Below, piece after piece: positions 41,945 to 52,729 of a stretch of DNA of 64,000 nt (the first letter of the stretch is position 1; every line of letters starts with the position of its first letter). The translations under genes and the position numbers were made by a program. Source of the DNA: Fistulifera solaris (lineage: Eukaryota); assembly GCA_030295235.1 (NCBI GenBank), contig AP026162.1, forward strand, positions 1,240,001 through 1,304,000, in the 5' to 3' direction. The notes beneath the pieces were generated by a model. That model searched no databases, was not told where the DNA came from, and saw nothing but the letters and a program-made list of their open reading frames with translations.

Positions 41945-44215
41945 ATGAACGTTCAAAAGCGAAACGGTGTTTCAATTTACTGTCTTTCGACAGGAACGCA
42001 ACTACCTGAATGGCTTGGCGAGCAGGCTCGAAGAAATCTTTCCAAGCGCGACGAATCGGTTCGTCGTCGAATCGAATTGATTCAGGATTTTCAGATGCCA
42101 GCATCTTCCTCGCGCATAGTGCAGTCGTTAGATGGGAGATATATAATAGTAGCTGGAACGTATCCTCCAAGGATACGGTGCTACGATGTCAATGAACTGA
42201 CTATGAAGTTTGAAAGATACGTAGACGCGGGAATTATCGATATGGTCATGCTCGGCGATGATTACGGAAAAGTCGCATTATTACGGGAAGACCGTACAAT
42301 CGAGTTTCATGCTCCGTATGGGTTTCATGAATCGACTAAAATACCCACCTTTGGGAGGGCGATGGCTTACGAACCCACGACGTGCGAACTATTAGTTGGT
42401 GCGAAGGGCAATCAAATTTATCGGGTCAGTTTAGATGAAGGTCGATTCAATGAGCCGTGGACGTTTGACGATCTTCCTTCATCGGCTACATGTATTGCTG
42501 TTGATCGTTGTTATCCACTTGCCAGCGTTGGTTGCGAGGACGGTATAGTTCGCTTTTGGGATAGCCGAACACCCGATTTCTTACAACCGTTCTTGAAGCT
42601 TGATGTCCTAAGCGCAACAACTGGATACGGTTTTGCCGATGAAAATTCGTTTACAAACCCAAATGAAATAACATCGATTGCCCATGATGCCAGCGGAATG
42701 TATATAGCTGCAGGCACTGGAGGTGGTCTTGTTGCGCTGTATGACGTGAGATCAAGTCGACCACTGCATGTCAAGGAACACAAACTTGGAATGCCTATAC
42801 ACACTGTGAAATTTCATTCCGGATCTGGAACTATTCTTAGCTCCGATGAGAAGCTTATCAAAATGTGGCGATACAGATCATCGGCTCAAACGACAAAGCA
42901 GCCCGCTTTCGAAGAGCGGTTCAATGACGACAATGCAACCGACATTGGGAGACTTGAAGTGAACATTGAAGCGACAGGCAAGTTGTCGCACTTCATCGTG
43001 GCTGGAGATGAATCAGATCCTCATGGTGACCGCACTGGGGTCCTGTTATGCGCCACCGATCAACCTAAAATGGAATCTTTCTATCTTCCGAAGCTTGGTA
43101 TCGCGCCCAAGTGGTGTTCCTTTCTTGAAAACATTACCGAAGAATTGGAAGAACGGGATCTTCAAAGGGATGGAACACTCACAGGAAACGATCTTGAAGG
43201 GCAGGAAACTGTTTACGACAACTACAAGTTTGTCAGCCGTGAAGATGTCGAAAAACTTGGGATTTCAAACCTTGTTGGTACTCCATTACTTCGCGGATAC
43301 ATGCACGGCTTTTTCATCGATATTAATCTTTACAACCGCGTGAAAGCCGTGGCAAATCCATTTGAATATGAGCAGTATCAGCAGAAGAAACTCAAAGAGC
43401 GAATGGACGCTAAGCGGTCTAGTCGAATTGCTCCTCGACCTTCCGAAAAGAAAAGTAAGAGTGCTGTGAATGCTGATCTTGCCGATCGATTGGAATTTAA
43501 AGCCAAAGATTCTACCAAAGCTGGGAAGATTGCAGGAAATATTCTATCAGATGACCGTTTCGGCAACTTGTTTACCAATCCTGACTTCGAAATCGACGAG
43601 GAAGATGAGGATTTCAAACTTCGCAACCCTAGTGGTATTGCTGCAGTCAAACGGAAGCAGAACAATTTGGATAGCGACAATTCAGACTCGGAGGCTGACG
43701 AAGATATTCGTAATAATGAAAAGGAATCTACGTATCAGGAACACCAATCAGCAATTGAAGCGAGCGACAATGATAGTTGCAGCAGTGATAGTGACGAAGA
43801 CACTGGCTTCCGCGGTGGGAAAGTCCGAGGAGAAGCCTATGACGAGATGAAACAGTTGGGAAAGAAAAAAGGTACGAGCAAACTTAAAGCCGGGACAAAG
43901 AAGACAAAGTTGTCCATGTACGAAGCAGAGGATCTCGGTAGCTCGAATGCAGTTCAGCTTGGTCTAGGCTCCGGTAATGCCCAAGAAAAGACCAAGAAAC
44001 GTCTCAATGAGTTGAATATGCCTCTTTCTAAGAGACTAACATTGCAAGATGATGGGCTACAGCTCCGAATAGCCAAGGGTTCCAAGGAGGTTACGTATAC
44101 ACCAAGTGATGTGAAGAGGAAAGTGGAACGGGAGCAAGCCGAACGGGGCAAGCTCCGTGGTAGAGGTGACCGTCGTAGTGCCAAAGGACTTAGCTCCAGG
44201 AAGACCTCGAGATAA
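41945..44215 (+). CDS. NOL10: Nucleolar protein 10 / Enp2 (WD40 + NUC153)
   Basis: RRRIELIQDF, GTYPPRIRCYD, GIAPKWCSFLENITEELEE, YMHGFFID, DDRFGNLFTNPDFEID. Confidence 0.92.
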   Translation: MNVQKRNGVSIYCLSTGTQLPEWLGEQARRNLSKRDESVRRRIELIQDFQMPASSSRIVQSLDGRYIIVAGTYPPRIRCYDVNELTMKFERYVDAGIIDMVMLGDDYGKVALLREDRTIEFHAPYGFHESTKIPTFGRAMAYEPTTCELLVGAKGNQIYRVSLDEGRFNEPWTFDDLPSSATCIAVDRCYPLASVGCEDGIVRFWDSRTPDFLQPFLKLDVLSATTGYGFADENSFTNPNEITSIAHDASGMYIAAGTGGGLVALYDVRSSRPLHVKEHKLGMPIHTVKFHSGSGTILSSDEKLIKMWRYRSSAQTTKQPAFEERFNDDNATDIGRLEVNIEATGKLSHFIVAGDESDPHGDRTGVLLCATDQPKMESFYLPKLGIAPKWCSFLENITEELEERDLQRDGTLTGNDLEGQETVYDNYKFVSREDVEKLGISNLVGTPLLRGYMHGFFIDINLYNRVKAVANPFEYEQYQQKKLKERMDAKRSSRIAPRPSEKKSKSAVNADLADRLEFKAKDSTKAGKIAGNILSDDRFGNLFTNPDFEIDEEDEDFKLRNPSGIAAVKRKQNNLDSDNSDSEADEDIRNNEKESTYQEHQSAIEASDNDSCSSDSDEDTGFRGGKVRGEAYDEMKQLGKKKGTSKLKAGTKKTKLSMYEAEDLGSSNAVQLGLGSGNAQEKTKKRLNELNMPLSKRLTLQDDGLQLRIAKGSKEVTYTPSDVKRKVEREQAERGKLRGRGDRRSAKGLSSRKTSR

Positions 44216-45504
44216 GGCACTTACTAAGACTCTTAATTATTATTGTCAGATGATCGTTGCGATTATGATTTCACCGTAGTTGGTCGGTCATCAGCAGCAT
44301 ATGATATTGTACGAAACAGAACACGAATCAGACCACGTCTTATTTCGTTCAGCTTTTGGCATAACCCGAATATCTTCTTTCGTCAACCCCTCATCCGTTT
44401 AATTAGATTGTAAAAGACTCGAACGCACAGACAAGAGTCTCGAAGGAGAAGAATCATTACGTTTGTTTACTTTCCTTTCCTAGAACATCTTGTGGCTTTT
44501 CAATACTTATAAGTTTCTGCCTCTTTTCCAACCGGGATAACGACGGCTATCCGTGACCTGAGGATATGGAAACGGTACTTTAGTGATGTACTCATTCCAT
44601 GTGATGGTATAATTGAACGGGTAATCGAGATTGCAAACCCATCTTGCAGGGAGAAAGATTTGGCGTGAACTCCTCCTCAAGCGGGCATTCCCGATGATTG
44701 GCTTCCAGGCACCAACCAAAACATGAAAAGGCATAAGACACCTTGAATATAAATTGATACAGTAACAATTTGTTGTGTATGTCACGAGCCGGTTGTTTTG
44801 TTGAGGAATACCGTCGACAGTGCTTCATGAAACTGAGTAAAAAAGTAGGCGATTATCGGCTTTCTCGTCATTTCGACAGTCTCATAAGCATCATAAGTGA
44901 GGACTGAAAGACACCTGTCAAATCATCACCATGTTTTGAAATGCTGTTCATGTAAAGGTCATTGATGGATCAGAATGAGTGAGCATGGCAAGAAAATGGG
45001 CGAAAACGCATGTGCTATGCATGGGCATTTTTTGGCCCAAGAACACGGTTTGCTCACAATACGGTTATAAAGTAGGCCTCTGCTTACTCTAACCTTTCAA
45101 AGTAAATGTTGTTTTGGAACGGTACTCCTGTTTGTGTTCATGTCGCAGTGTTGTCCGAAGATGTCGCAATGGGTGCACGGACAGACTGGTGCCTCTTTCA
45201 GGCTCGTGACTGAAAATAGTTGAAAAACCTTCCGGGACTCAATTCGTCGCATACTATTCATTCTAGAGTAAATTATCAGTTGGCGCTTGCAGTACTGCAT
45301 GGTACAATAAGCTCGTATAGCCAAGCAGCCAAGCGCTCGGTACGGTTTTGGGTCTTTCCGCCATCACAAACATCAAAACAGAGCCGCACAAATTATTTGT
45401 TTCGCTTTTTCCGCCGATTGCTTTTACCGTTACAAGTTGTTACAACGCACTCCTTTAGCGATCCTTCCCCCCTTTTTCAAAGGAAAACTTAACTTTTTGT
45501 CAAA

Positions 45505-46920
45505 ATGACTTTACTCTCTTTGCAGCGCTCCACGGTGGCAAAGACCCTTTGGAATAGTCGAACACGAGTCTTTAGTTCAAAGTCGACAGGTCTTTCGGTT
45601 GATGTTGAGCACTTTACAGCTGGTTGGAACAATGCGGGAGGCGACAATGCAGCAGCAAACGGAAAGTGCTCTGTTCAAACCTTCAACAAGATTTCACCCT
45701 CTGGGCTCAGTCGCTTTCCGGAAAGTTACTACAAGGTAGAGGCAGCCGAGTCGGCATCAGGACCGGCCAATGTTCTCTTGCTGCGCTCGCACAAACTCCA
45801 AGAGTCGGAAGTCGATGTTACTGTCCGTGCCATCGCTCGTTGTGGTGCTGGAACGAACAATATCCCAGTCGCCCGTATGACTCAGCTGGGAATTCCAGTC
45901 TTCAACACCCCCGGTGCAAACGCCAACGCCGTCAAGGAGCTGATCTTATGCGGTATGTTGCTTGGTAGTCGTCGTATCGTTGACGGTGTCAATCACATGA
46001 AATCGTTGGGTGAGAAGGGACTTGCTCGTGAGCGTGTTGAAAAAGACAAAGCGATGTTTGGAGGACGAGAGATTCATGGAAAGACTCTTGCCGTCGTCGG
46101 TCTGGGTCACATTGGCTCCCTCACGGCACGTGACGCCACGGCCCTTGGCATGAAAGTCACTGGCTACGACCCTGGTCTCTCCGTCATGTCCGCTTTGAAG
46201 CTGCCTCGAGATATGGAGCTCAAGGACTCAATTGCCTCGGCCGTCGCTAATGCTGATTACATTAGCATCAACATTCCTTACATCAAGAAAAGCCCACAAG
46301 AAGGTGGTACTCACGGCATCATCGGCAAAGAGGTCATTAGCCATTTCAAGAAAGATGCTGTTCTATTGAACTTTGCTCGGGGCGAACTTGTGGACTCTCA
46401 CGCAATGAAAGCTTTCTTGGATGCTGGTGACGGCAGATATGTGTGCGATTTTCCGGATGATGAGCTTTGGAATCACCCCAATGCCATTCTTCTTCCGCAT
46501 TTGGGAGCCTCTACTTATGAAGCCGAAGATGAAGCAGCCAGCATGGCCGCGGATACCCTTCGCGACTACATTGAGCATGGCGAGATTCGTAACTCTGTCA
46601 ACTTTCCCACTACTGCACTCGAAGAACGCCACGATCAAGTTGTCCGTGTGACCGTGGTGAACGAGAATCTTCCGGGTGTGCTGGCAAAGATCACTGACGT
46701 TTGTGCCAAGGCTGGCATGAACATTGCTCAGCAGATCAACCAGTCCAAGGGCGACATTGCTTACAACGTAATTGACCTGAACGCCTCGAACAAGCCTATG
46801 GATCTCAAGGACTTTCAAAGAGATATGACAATGATTGAAGGTGTCCTAAGTACGCGAATCATTTTCGGTGCTCCTGGAGTAGGTTTTGCGCGAAATGTGA
46901 ATGGCCAATACGTCGTTTAA
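45505..46920 (+). CDS. serA: D-3-phosphoglycerate dehydrogenase with ACT domain, paralogue 1 (intronless)
   Basis: ARCGAGTNNI, FNTPGANANAVKEL, GLGHIG Rossmann motif, NFARGELVD, PHLGAST.EAE, C-terminal ACT domain. Confidence 0.9.
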   Translation: MTLLSLQRSTVAKTLWNSRTRVFSSKSTGLSVDVEHFTAGWNNAGGDNAAANGKCSVQTFNKISPSGLSRFPESYYKVEAAESASGPANVLLLRSHKLQESEVDVTVRAIARCGAGTNNIPVARMTQLGIPVFNTPGANANAVKELILCGMLLGSRRIVDGVNHMKSLGEKGLARERVEKDKAMFGGREIHGKTLAVVGLGHIGSLTARDATALGMKVTGYDPGLSVMSALKLPRDMELKDSIASAVANADYISINIPYIKKSPQEGGTHGIIGKEVISHFKKDAVLLNFARGELVDSHAMKAFLDAGDGRYVCDFPDDELWNHPNAILLPHLGASTYEAEDEAASMAADTLRDYIEHGEIRNSVNFPTTALEERHDQVVRVTVVNENLPGVLAKITDVCAKAGMNIAQQINQSKGDIAYNVIDLNASNKPMDLKDFQRDMTMIEGVLSTRIIFGAPGVGFARNVNGQYVV

Positions 46921-47400
46921 TTCTACTAGATATCTATGCCCGTTTATAAAAAAAAATGATAAATTGCTGGATATTTTTCGTAACTATGCCACACACAACT
47001 TGACCTAGCATCGAACGTAGTAGCTAGATTTGTGGTACCCTGTACATCGAAACTTAGCCGAGTCCCTTTCGGCTGCGAGATTTGAGGAGTTGTTGTCCAC
47101 CACAAAAAGAACGGAACGTTCCTAGCACGGTTTGAGTGCCGCTTGAGGTACGTTCACGTTCTCGGAATAGGTGGTAATGACGCGCCAGATCAGCGTTGGA
47201 CACAATCCAGACGTTGTCCTCGCAAATACATTAAGCCACAGTCCGAGCAATAAACTTCCCCCTCGTTCCTCCACCCATCAAAAATATCCGTCCCATTGCG
47301 CATTTCAAAAATCTAAATCGGCCCGATCCTTCGGCATTCATATAATCCAACCCTTCTTCTCCTTTTCAAGTCCAATAACCGACTCCTACTACCAAGAACA

Positions 47401-48886
47401 ATGGCCTCTACTCTTCTGAAAAGCTTTTCGACGACGGCGCAACGTAACGTTGGCAATCAACTCTCGTCGGCAATGCGTTCATTCGCTACCATCCACGTCG
47501 AACATGGTCGCGGTGTATGGAAGACATACGGCGATGTAAACAACTACACGCCCGGAAAGTTTCAAATCAAAACATTCAACAAGATCTCACCGATCGGTTT
47601 GGCTCGCCTATCCGAAGATCGTTACGATATCCGCACAGAAGAGCAAGATGCTCACAACGCGCATGCGATCCTTCTTCGATCGCACAAACTGAAGGAGGAA
47701 GAAGTCGCTCACACCGTTCGTGCTATTGCAAGGTACGTGTTAGATTTGGAAAAACATTTCATTTGCATCTGAGAAATTTGAGTCTGACTTGGCAAATCAT
47801 CTCTGTAGATGCGGTGCAGGAACCAACAACATCCCCGTGGCTCGCATGACCGAACTCGGCATCCCTGTATTTAACACTCCGGGTGCTAACGCGAATGCTG
47901 TTAAGGAGCTAGTGATTTGTGGCCTTTTCTTAGGAAGCCGAAAGGTCATTGACGGAATCAATCATATGAAATCACTCGGAGAGCAAGGGCTTGCTCGCGA
48001 ACGCGTCGAAAAGGACAAGGCGATGTTCGGAGGACGCGAAATAAATGGAAAGACTTTAGCTGTTATTGGGCTGGGAAATATTGGTGCTGCTACGGCTCAT
48101 GATGCTGCTCAGCTCGGAATGAAGGTTAAGGGATACGACCCTGGTCTCTCGGTAACTGCGGCCTTGAAGTTGCCCAGCAGCGTGCAATTGAGTGATTCGA
48201 TTACATCGGCAGTGGCAGATGCTGACTACATTAGTATCAACATTCCCTACATCAAAGGAGCTAATGGTACACATCACATCATCAATGACGAAATCATCAA
48301 GCATTTTAAGCAAGGAGCTGTCTTGTTGAACTTTGCGCGAGGTGAACTTGTGGACTCGGATGCTTTGAAGAAGCACTTGGACACAAAAGACGGTCGCTAC
48401 ATTTCAGACTTTCCCGATGACGTTGTCTGGAACCATGAAAACGCAGTAATTTTACCGCATCTAGGGGCCTCGACGGAAGAAGCCGAAGACGCTGCCGCCT
48501 CGATGGCCGCTGATACTATCAAAATGTTCCTTGAGGAGGGATCCATTCGGCATTCGGTTAACTTCCCAACTACTTCTCTCCCTGAGCGACCGAAGGGAAC
48601 AGTGCGATTTACAGTCGTCAACAAGAACGTTCCAGGCTGTCTTGCCTTGATCACCGAATCCTTCGCGAATGCCGGTATGAACATTGTGCAACAAATCAAT
48701 CAGTCGCGCGGCGATATTGCGTACAACATGCTTGACATTGATGTTTCCTCGAATGGTGATGTGCATTCGTTCAAAGACGTTCAAGAGCAAATCACTCAAA
48801 TCGATCATGTATTGAGCACCCGAATTCTTTTTGGGACTCCTGGTCAGGGGTATGCCAAGAAGATTGACGGTGAATACTTCGTCTAA
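47401..48886 (+). CDS. serA: D-3-phosphoglycerate dehydrogenase with ACT domain, paralogue 2 (one intron)
   Basis: Same motifs as the upstream copy; intron ~47733-47808 interrupts AIAR/CGAG. Confidence 0.9.
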
Positions 48887-49255
48887 AGCTAATTAATGAT
48901 TTCCCTTTGTAGAACACTGTACGTGTCACTTGAGGTTTCTAGTTTTCATGTTATGCATCCATCGTCCTTCCGTGTCCTTAGTCGTAAGAAAGGATGGAAT
49001 GGGTTCCTGACTTGCGAAACGAAGAAAGGCAACCTTCAAGATGCCGATCTTCCGTTCCTTGTCGATCAACAGCTAAAGGATATAGCGGTCTCGACGCCCT
49101 TAGCTATTATTGCTGACGATTTCCATCTGGCAAAAACTACGATCGCAATGATGAAGCATACTGTCGGAAATTAAAATGATTCTAAGTAACACGCACTTCC
49201 CTAGTGAATCTCTAAAAAAAGAAGGCTTTGCTTCACTAGCGAGGGTTTAGAAAAT

Positions 49256-49902
49256 TTAGTTCTTTCCGAAGATGCTTCCCTTGGGGGCGAATGGCTTAGC
49301 ATCGTTCTTCTTGCCAGAGTAATCGTATTTAGTCTTGGCCATTCGGTGTCCTAAGTTGACATCCTTCTTCCAGTTTCCCTCAAGGTTGGTTCCGCGCTTC
49401 AAGTAGAACTCGTCGAAACCAAGGAACTTTCCGGCCTTAGCAACGTTCTTCTTGTAGTTGGCGGCCTTCTTGGCCTCTTCTTCGGCACGGATCTTTGCGT
49501 ATTGGGCCGCAGTCAATCCGCTGGGGACGTACGAGTTGGCACCAATGGTTCCGGTCTTCAACTGTACGTTATACAACAGTGAGAAACGATTAGAGCGCAA
49601 TCATCATGAATGAGAATACAGAGCAATAAAATCAACTTACGTTCTTCTTATCACGGGCACCATACTTGTTGGAGTCCTTGATAGGGGCCCAAAAGGTCCA
49701 TGTTGGCAATCTTCAATAAAACAAAACAAAACATAACGAAGCGTTAGCAACACAGCTGCTACAAGAGATCGCCTTGAAGAGGAGTCATTGCACTTACGTC
49801 GTCGAAAAGAGCATCGACTTGAGTGCTGGCACGTCCGGCCTGTTGGGGGACGAAAGCCGAAGCAACAGCAAGGGAGGATACGAAAACAGCGGCGAACTTC
49901 AT
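49256..49902 (-). CDS. Small plastid-targeted protein of unknown function (multi-exon)
   Basis: MKFAAVFVSSLAVASA-FVP is an ASAF-type presequence; GT donors near 49797 and 49640; last exon YVPSGLTAAQYAKIR...GHRMAKTKYDYSGK. Confidence 0.75.
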
Positions 49903-50379
49903 GGTGATAACAGCAAGGAAATGGATTTGACTCGTAGGAATAAGCGGTTGAGCGTCGATCTGGCTGCTCTTTTTCACGTCAGGGACGAAGTTGATGGTGT
50001 ATCTTTCTTACTTTTTTCCGACAGTCATGCAAAGAAAGTTCCGGGTTCTTTTGAACATCTGCCATGCGTACGAACTTCATCGACGAACGAGCGAACGACA
50101 GAACGCATAACCGTTCTGTGTCACTGAACTGTTTGTCTATAGACGGTCTGACGTCACGCTTTTGACGACGTCATCAATGAAAATGCCGCTCCAAGCCTTC
50201 GCTCGTCCTTCGTCCTTCCCGTTACAGAAACCCTCTCCCTAACGTTTAACGAGAACGAGATCGACGTTCATGGTAGCCGTAGTCTTTCTAGTTTTCAAAG
50301 TTGAGGCCGTACGAATTTAAATTTTCTAGGACATCTGGCAAGAAGCAGGTATCTGAAAAAAGCTCATGATTCATCGTTG

Positions 50380-51210
50380 TAGTTGGTCAGACGTCAGACA
50401 GAGTTTTTGTACACATTCCAGAAAATCTGGAATCCTTGTTTTGGGCCAGACAGAAATTTCGTGGAAATTCCAGAAATTCTGGAATTGGTGTTTTGGATTG
50501 GACAGAGATTCCGTAAAGTTCCAGAAATTCTGGAATTGGTGCTTTGGCTTAGACAGAGATTTTGTGCAGGTTCCAGAAATTCTGAAATTGATGTATCGGA
50601 TCATAGGGTCTAGAGAAATTCTGTTTAGATTCCAGAAATTCTGGAATCGTTGCTATTGCTATCAGTCAGACAGAGATTTTGTGGACGTTCGACAAATTTT
50701 GGAATCGGTGCTTTGAGACACACAGAGATTTTGTGGACGTTCCAGAATTCTGGAATCGTTGTTTTGGCCTAGACAGAGATTCCGTGAAAGTTCCAGAAAT
50801 TCTGGAATCGGAGTTTTGGCTTAGACAGAAATTTTGTGGACGTTCCAGAAATTCTGGAATGAATGTATCGGATCATACAGAAATTCTGTTAAAGTTCCAG
50901 AATTTTTGGAAGAGAATCGTTGTTTTGGCTTAGCCTAGACAGAGTTTTTGTGGAAGTTTCCAGAAATTCTGGGATCGGTGTTTTGGGTCACACAGAGATT
51001 CCGTGATTTTTCCAGAAGTTCTGGAATAGTTGTTTTGGGCCAGAGAGAAGTATCGTGGACGTTCCAGTAATTCTGGATTCGATCTTTTGGCTTAGACGTT
51101 CCAGAAATTCTGGAATCGTTGCTGTTGCACAGACAGAGATTTTGTGGACGTTCCAGAATTTCTGGAATTGTTGTGTACCTGGTAGGGTCATACAGAAATT
51201 CTGGAAGGAT
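50380..51210. repeat. Minisatellite, ~52-bp unit, ~16 copies, each with the palindrome TTCCAGAA-A-TTCTGGAA
   Basis: Consensus approximately TTCCAGAAATTCTGGAATCGGTGTTTTGGCTTAGACAGAGATTTTGTGGACG; palindrome copies run from ~50416 to ~51206. Confidence 0.92.
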
Positions 51211-51519
51211 TCAAGCATTGTAGACTTGGCTCTTTTTATTACTTTTATCCGTTTAATCGACATGGGGCGGTGATCTGAAATGCATCTGTTTCCGGTTGCG
51301 ATATCTGAAGCGAAAGCGACAAATACTTCAAGCGCTTTTACCGGCATTGATCATCCAACTCAATGTTTGGATCAAAAAAACCTAATGAACACAGAGCTCA
51401 ACACCGAGTTTCACACTCTACTTGTGGGTTGTGACACATCAATTAAGTATTTTCATTTTCTCCGAGTCAAATCAGCCGGTGATTGAGTAAAATCGTCAAT
51501 TTAGACATTGTTATGAAAC

Positions 51520-51926
51520 TTATAGGATAGGCTCGGTCTGTGTCTGCTCAGGCGAATGACGAGCAACGATGGTAAAGCGACGAGTTGCATCGTACCGTTT
51601 CGGCAAATTCTCTTCTGAAAGAAGAGACTGTTGAAATCGAAGTTCCTGCAGTGATAAAAATGTGTTAGTGATCAACCGCCAAACATTATCAGAAGTAAAA
51701 CGTTCGATGCATTTTGCCCGAGAAATCTACTCACGTCATCTCTATGTATTCTCTCCATGAAGGAGTACCCGGCATAGCAGGAAAAGACATTGATGACAAG
51801 GAGAAACTTCGGAAAATGTTCTCGACTGAAGATGGTGCGACGCAAGGCGCCTTCCCGTCGGATTGAAGAAATATTCGAATGCAAAGAGCTCATCATTCGA
51901 ACAGCCAGCGTTACACGAGATGCCAT
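51520..51926 (-). CDS. Putative small two-exon protein (105 aa) with one hydrophobic segment
   Basis: Exon 51926-51735, intron 51734-51646 (GTGAGT...CTGCAG), exon 51645-51520 in frame to TAA. Confidence 0.5.
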
Positions 51927-52729
51927 TCTTCTTTTTATTTCGGTGATCACGATTTTTCAGCCCGTGTAAGATCTTCTTGAATCGTAAGATAGTAGGAAAG
52001 ACACTTTCAGTTCTCTTTGCCTTTCGTTATTTTTGTTGGCTGCTGTGTTTGGAATTTGAAAGGCGAAGAAACAAAATGGAAAAAAGACACATCAAAATCA
52101 AGTGACACTGCGCCACGAGGCACGTAGTCTCGACGTGGTCATTGATGACGCACTATACATAGGTACTATAAGTGCGAAAGTGCAATGCGACATGAGTAAT
52201 GACAATTTCCGATGACGTAAACTGAGTACTTTCCAGTTTACAGTACTGTCTCCTATGGCTGACGACCTCCTACTTTAGGTTCCTAAAGCTAACGCTATCA
52301 ATCCAAAAGGTAGGCGCAAACAACAAACAAGGAGCTCCCAAGACTCTTAACCTTAACATACCATCATTTAACTACCGGTACGGTACCACGATTGATACTT
52401 CAATGCCAGTCTCGGATCCGCGCTCCACTTTTCCCAATTTGGTGCGTAAAAATAATGTTGACAACAACTCGCACCAGTCGAAGGGGAATATTTTGGCTAA
52501 GGCTGGACTTGATGCTCCAGTTTGAGAACGCGCTTTTTTCAAAAGTCCGCTTGAAGAAATGAGAGAGAGCTGTGGAAGATTGAGCAGCTCTAGTCTAGTG
52601 AGCTTTAACCTTATGGTACTTGTGCAACGAATCCTGAGCCGCTCGTTTCCGACAGCAAACAACATTCTGTTGTCACTGATGATGTTATACCCACCCCAAG
52701 TCAACCCACATTAAAAACAAAAACGCATA

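Noticed and set aside
44290..45050. Short ORFs between NOL10 and PGDH
   Set aside because: No recognisable motif or coherent splice model.
50380..51210. CRISPR-like array (palindromic repeat with ~35-bp spacers)
   Set aside because: The spacers are degenerate copies of one another, no cas genes are present, and the context is eukaryotic; it is a minisatellite.
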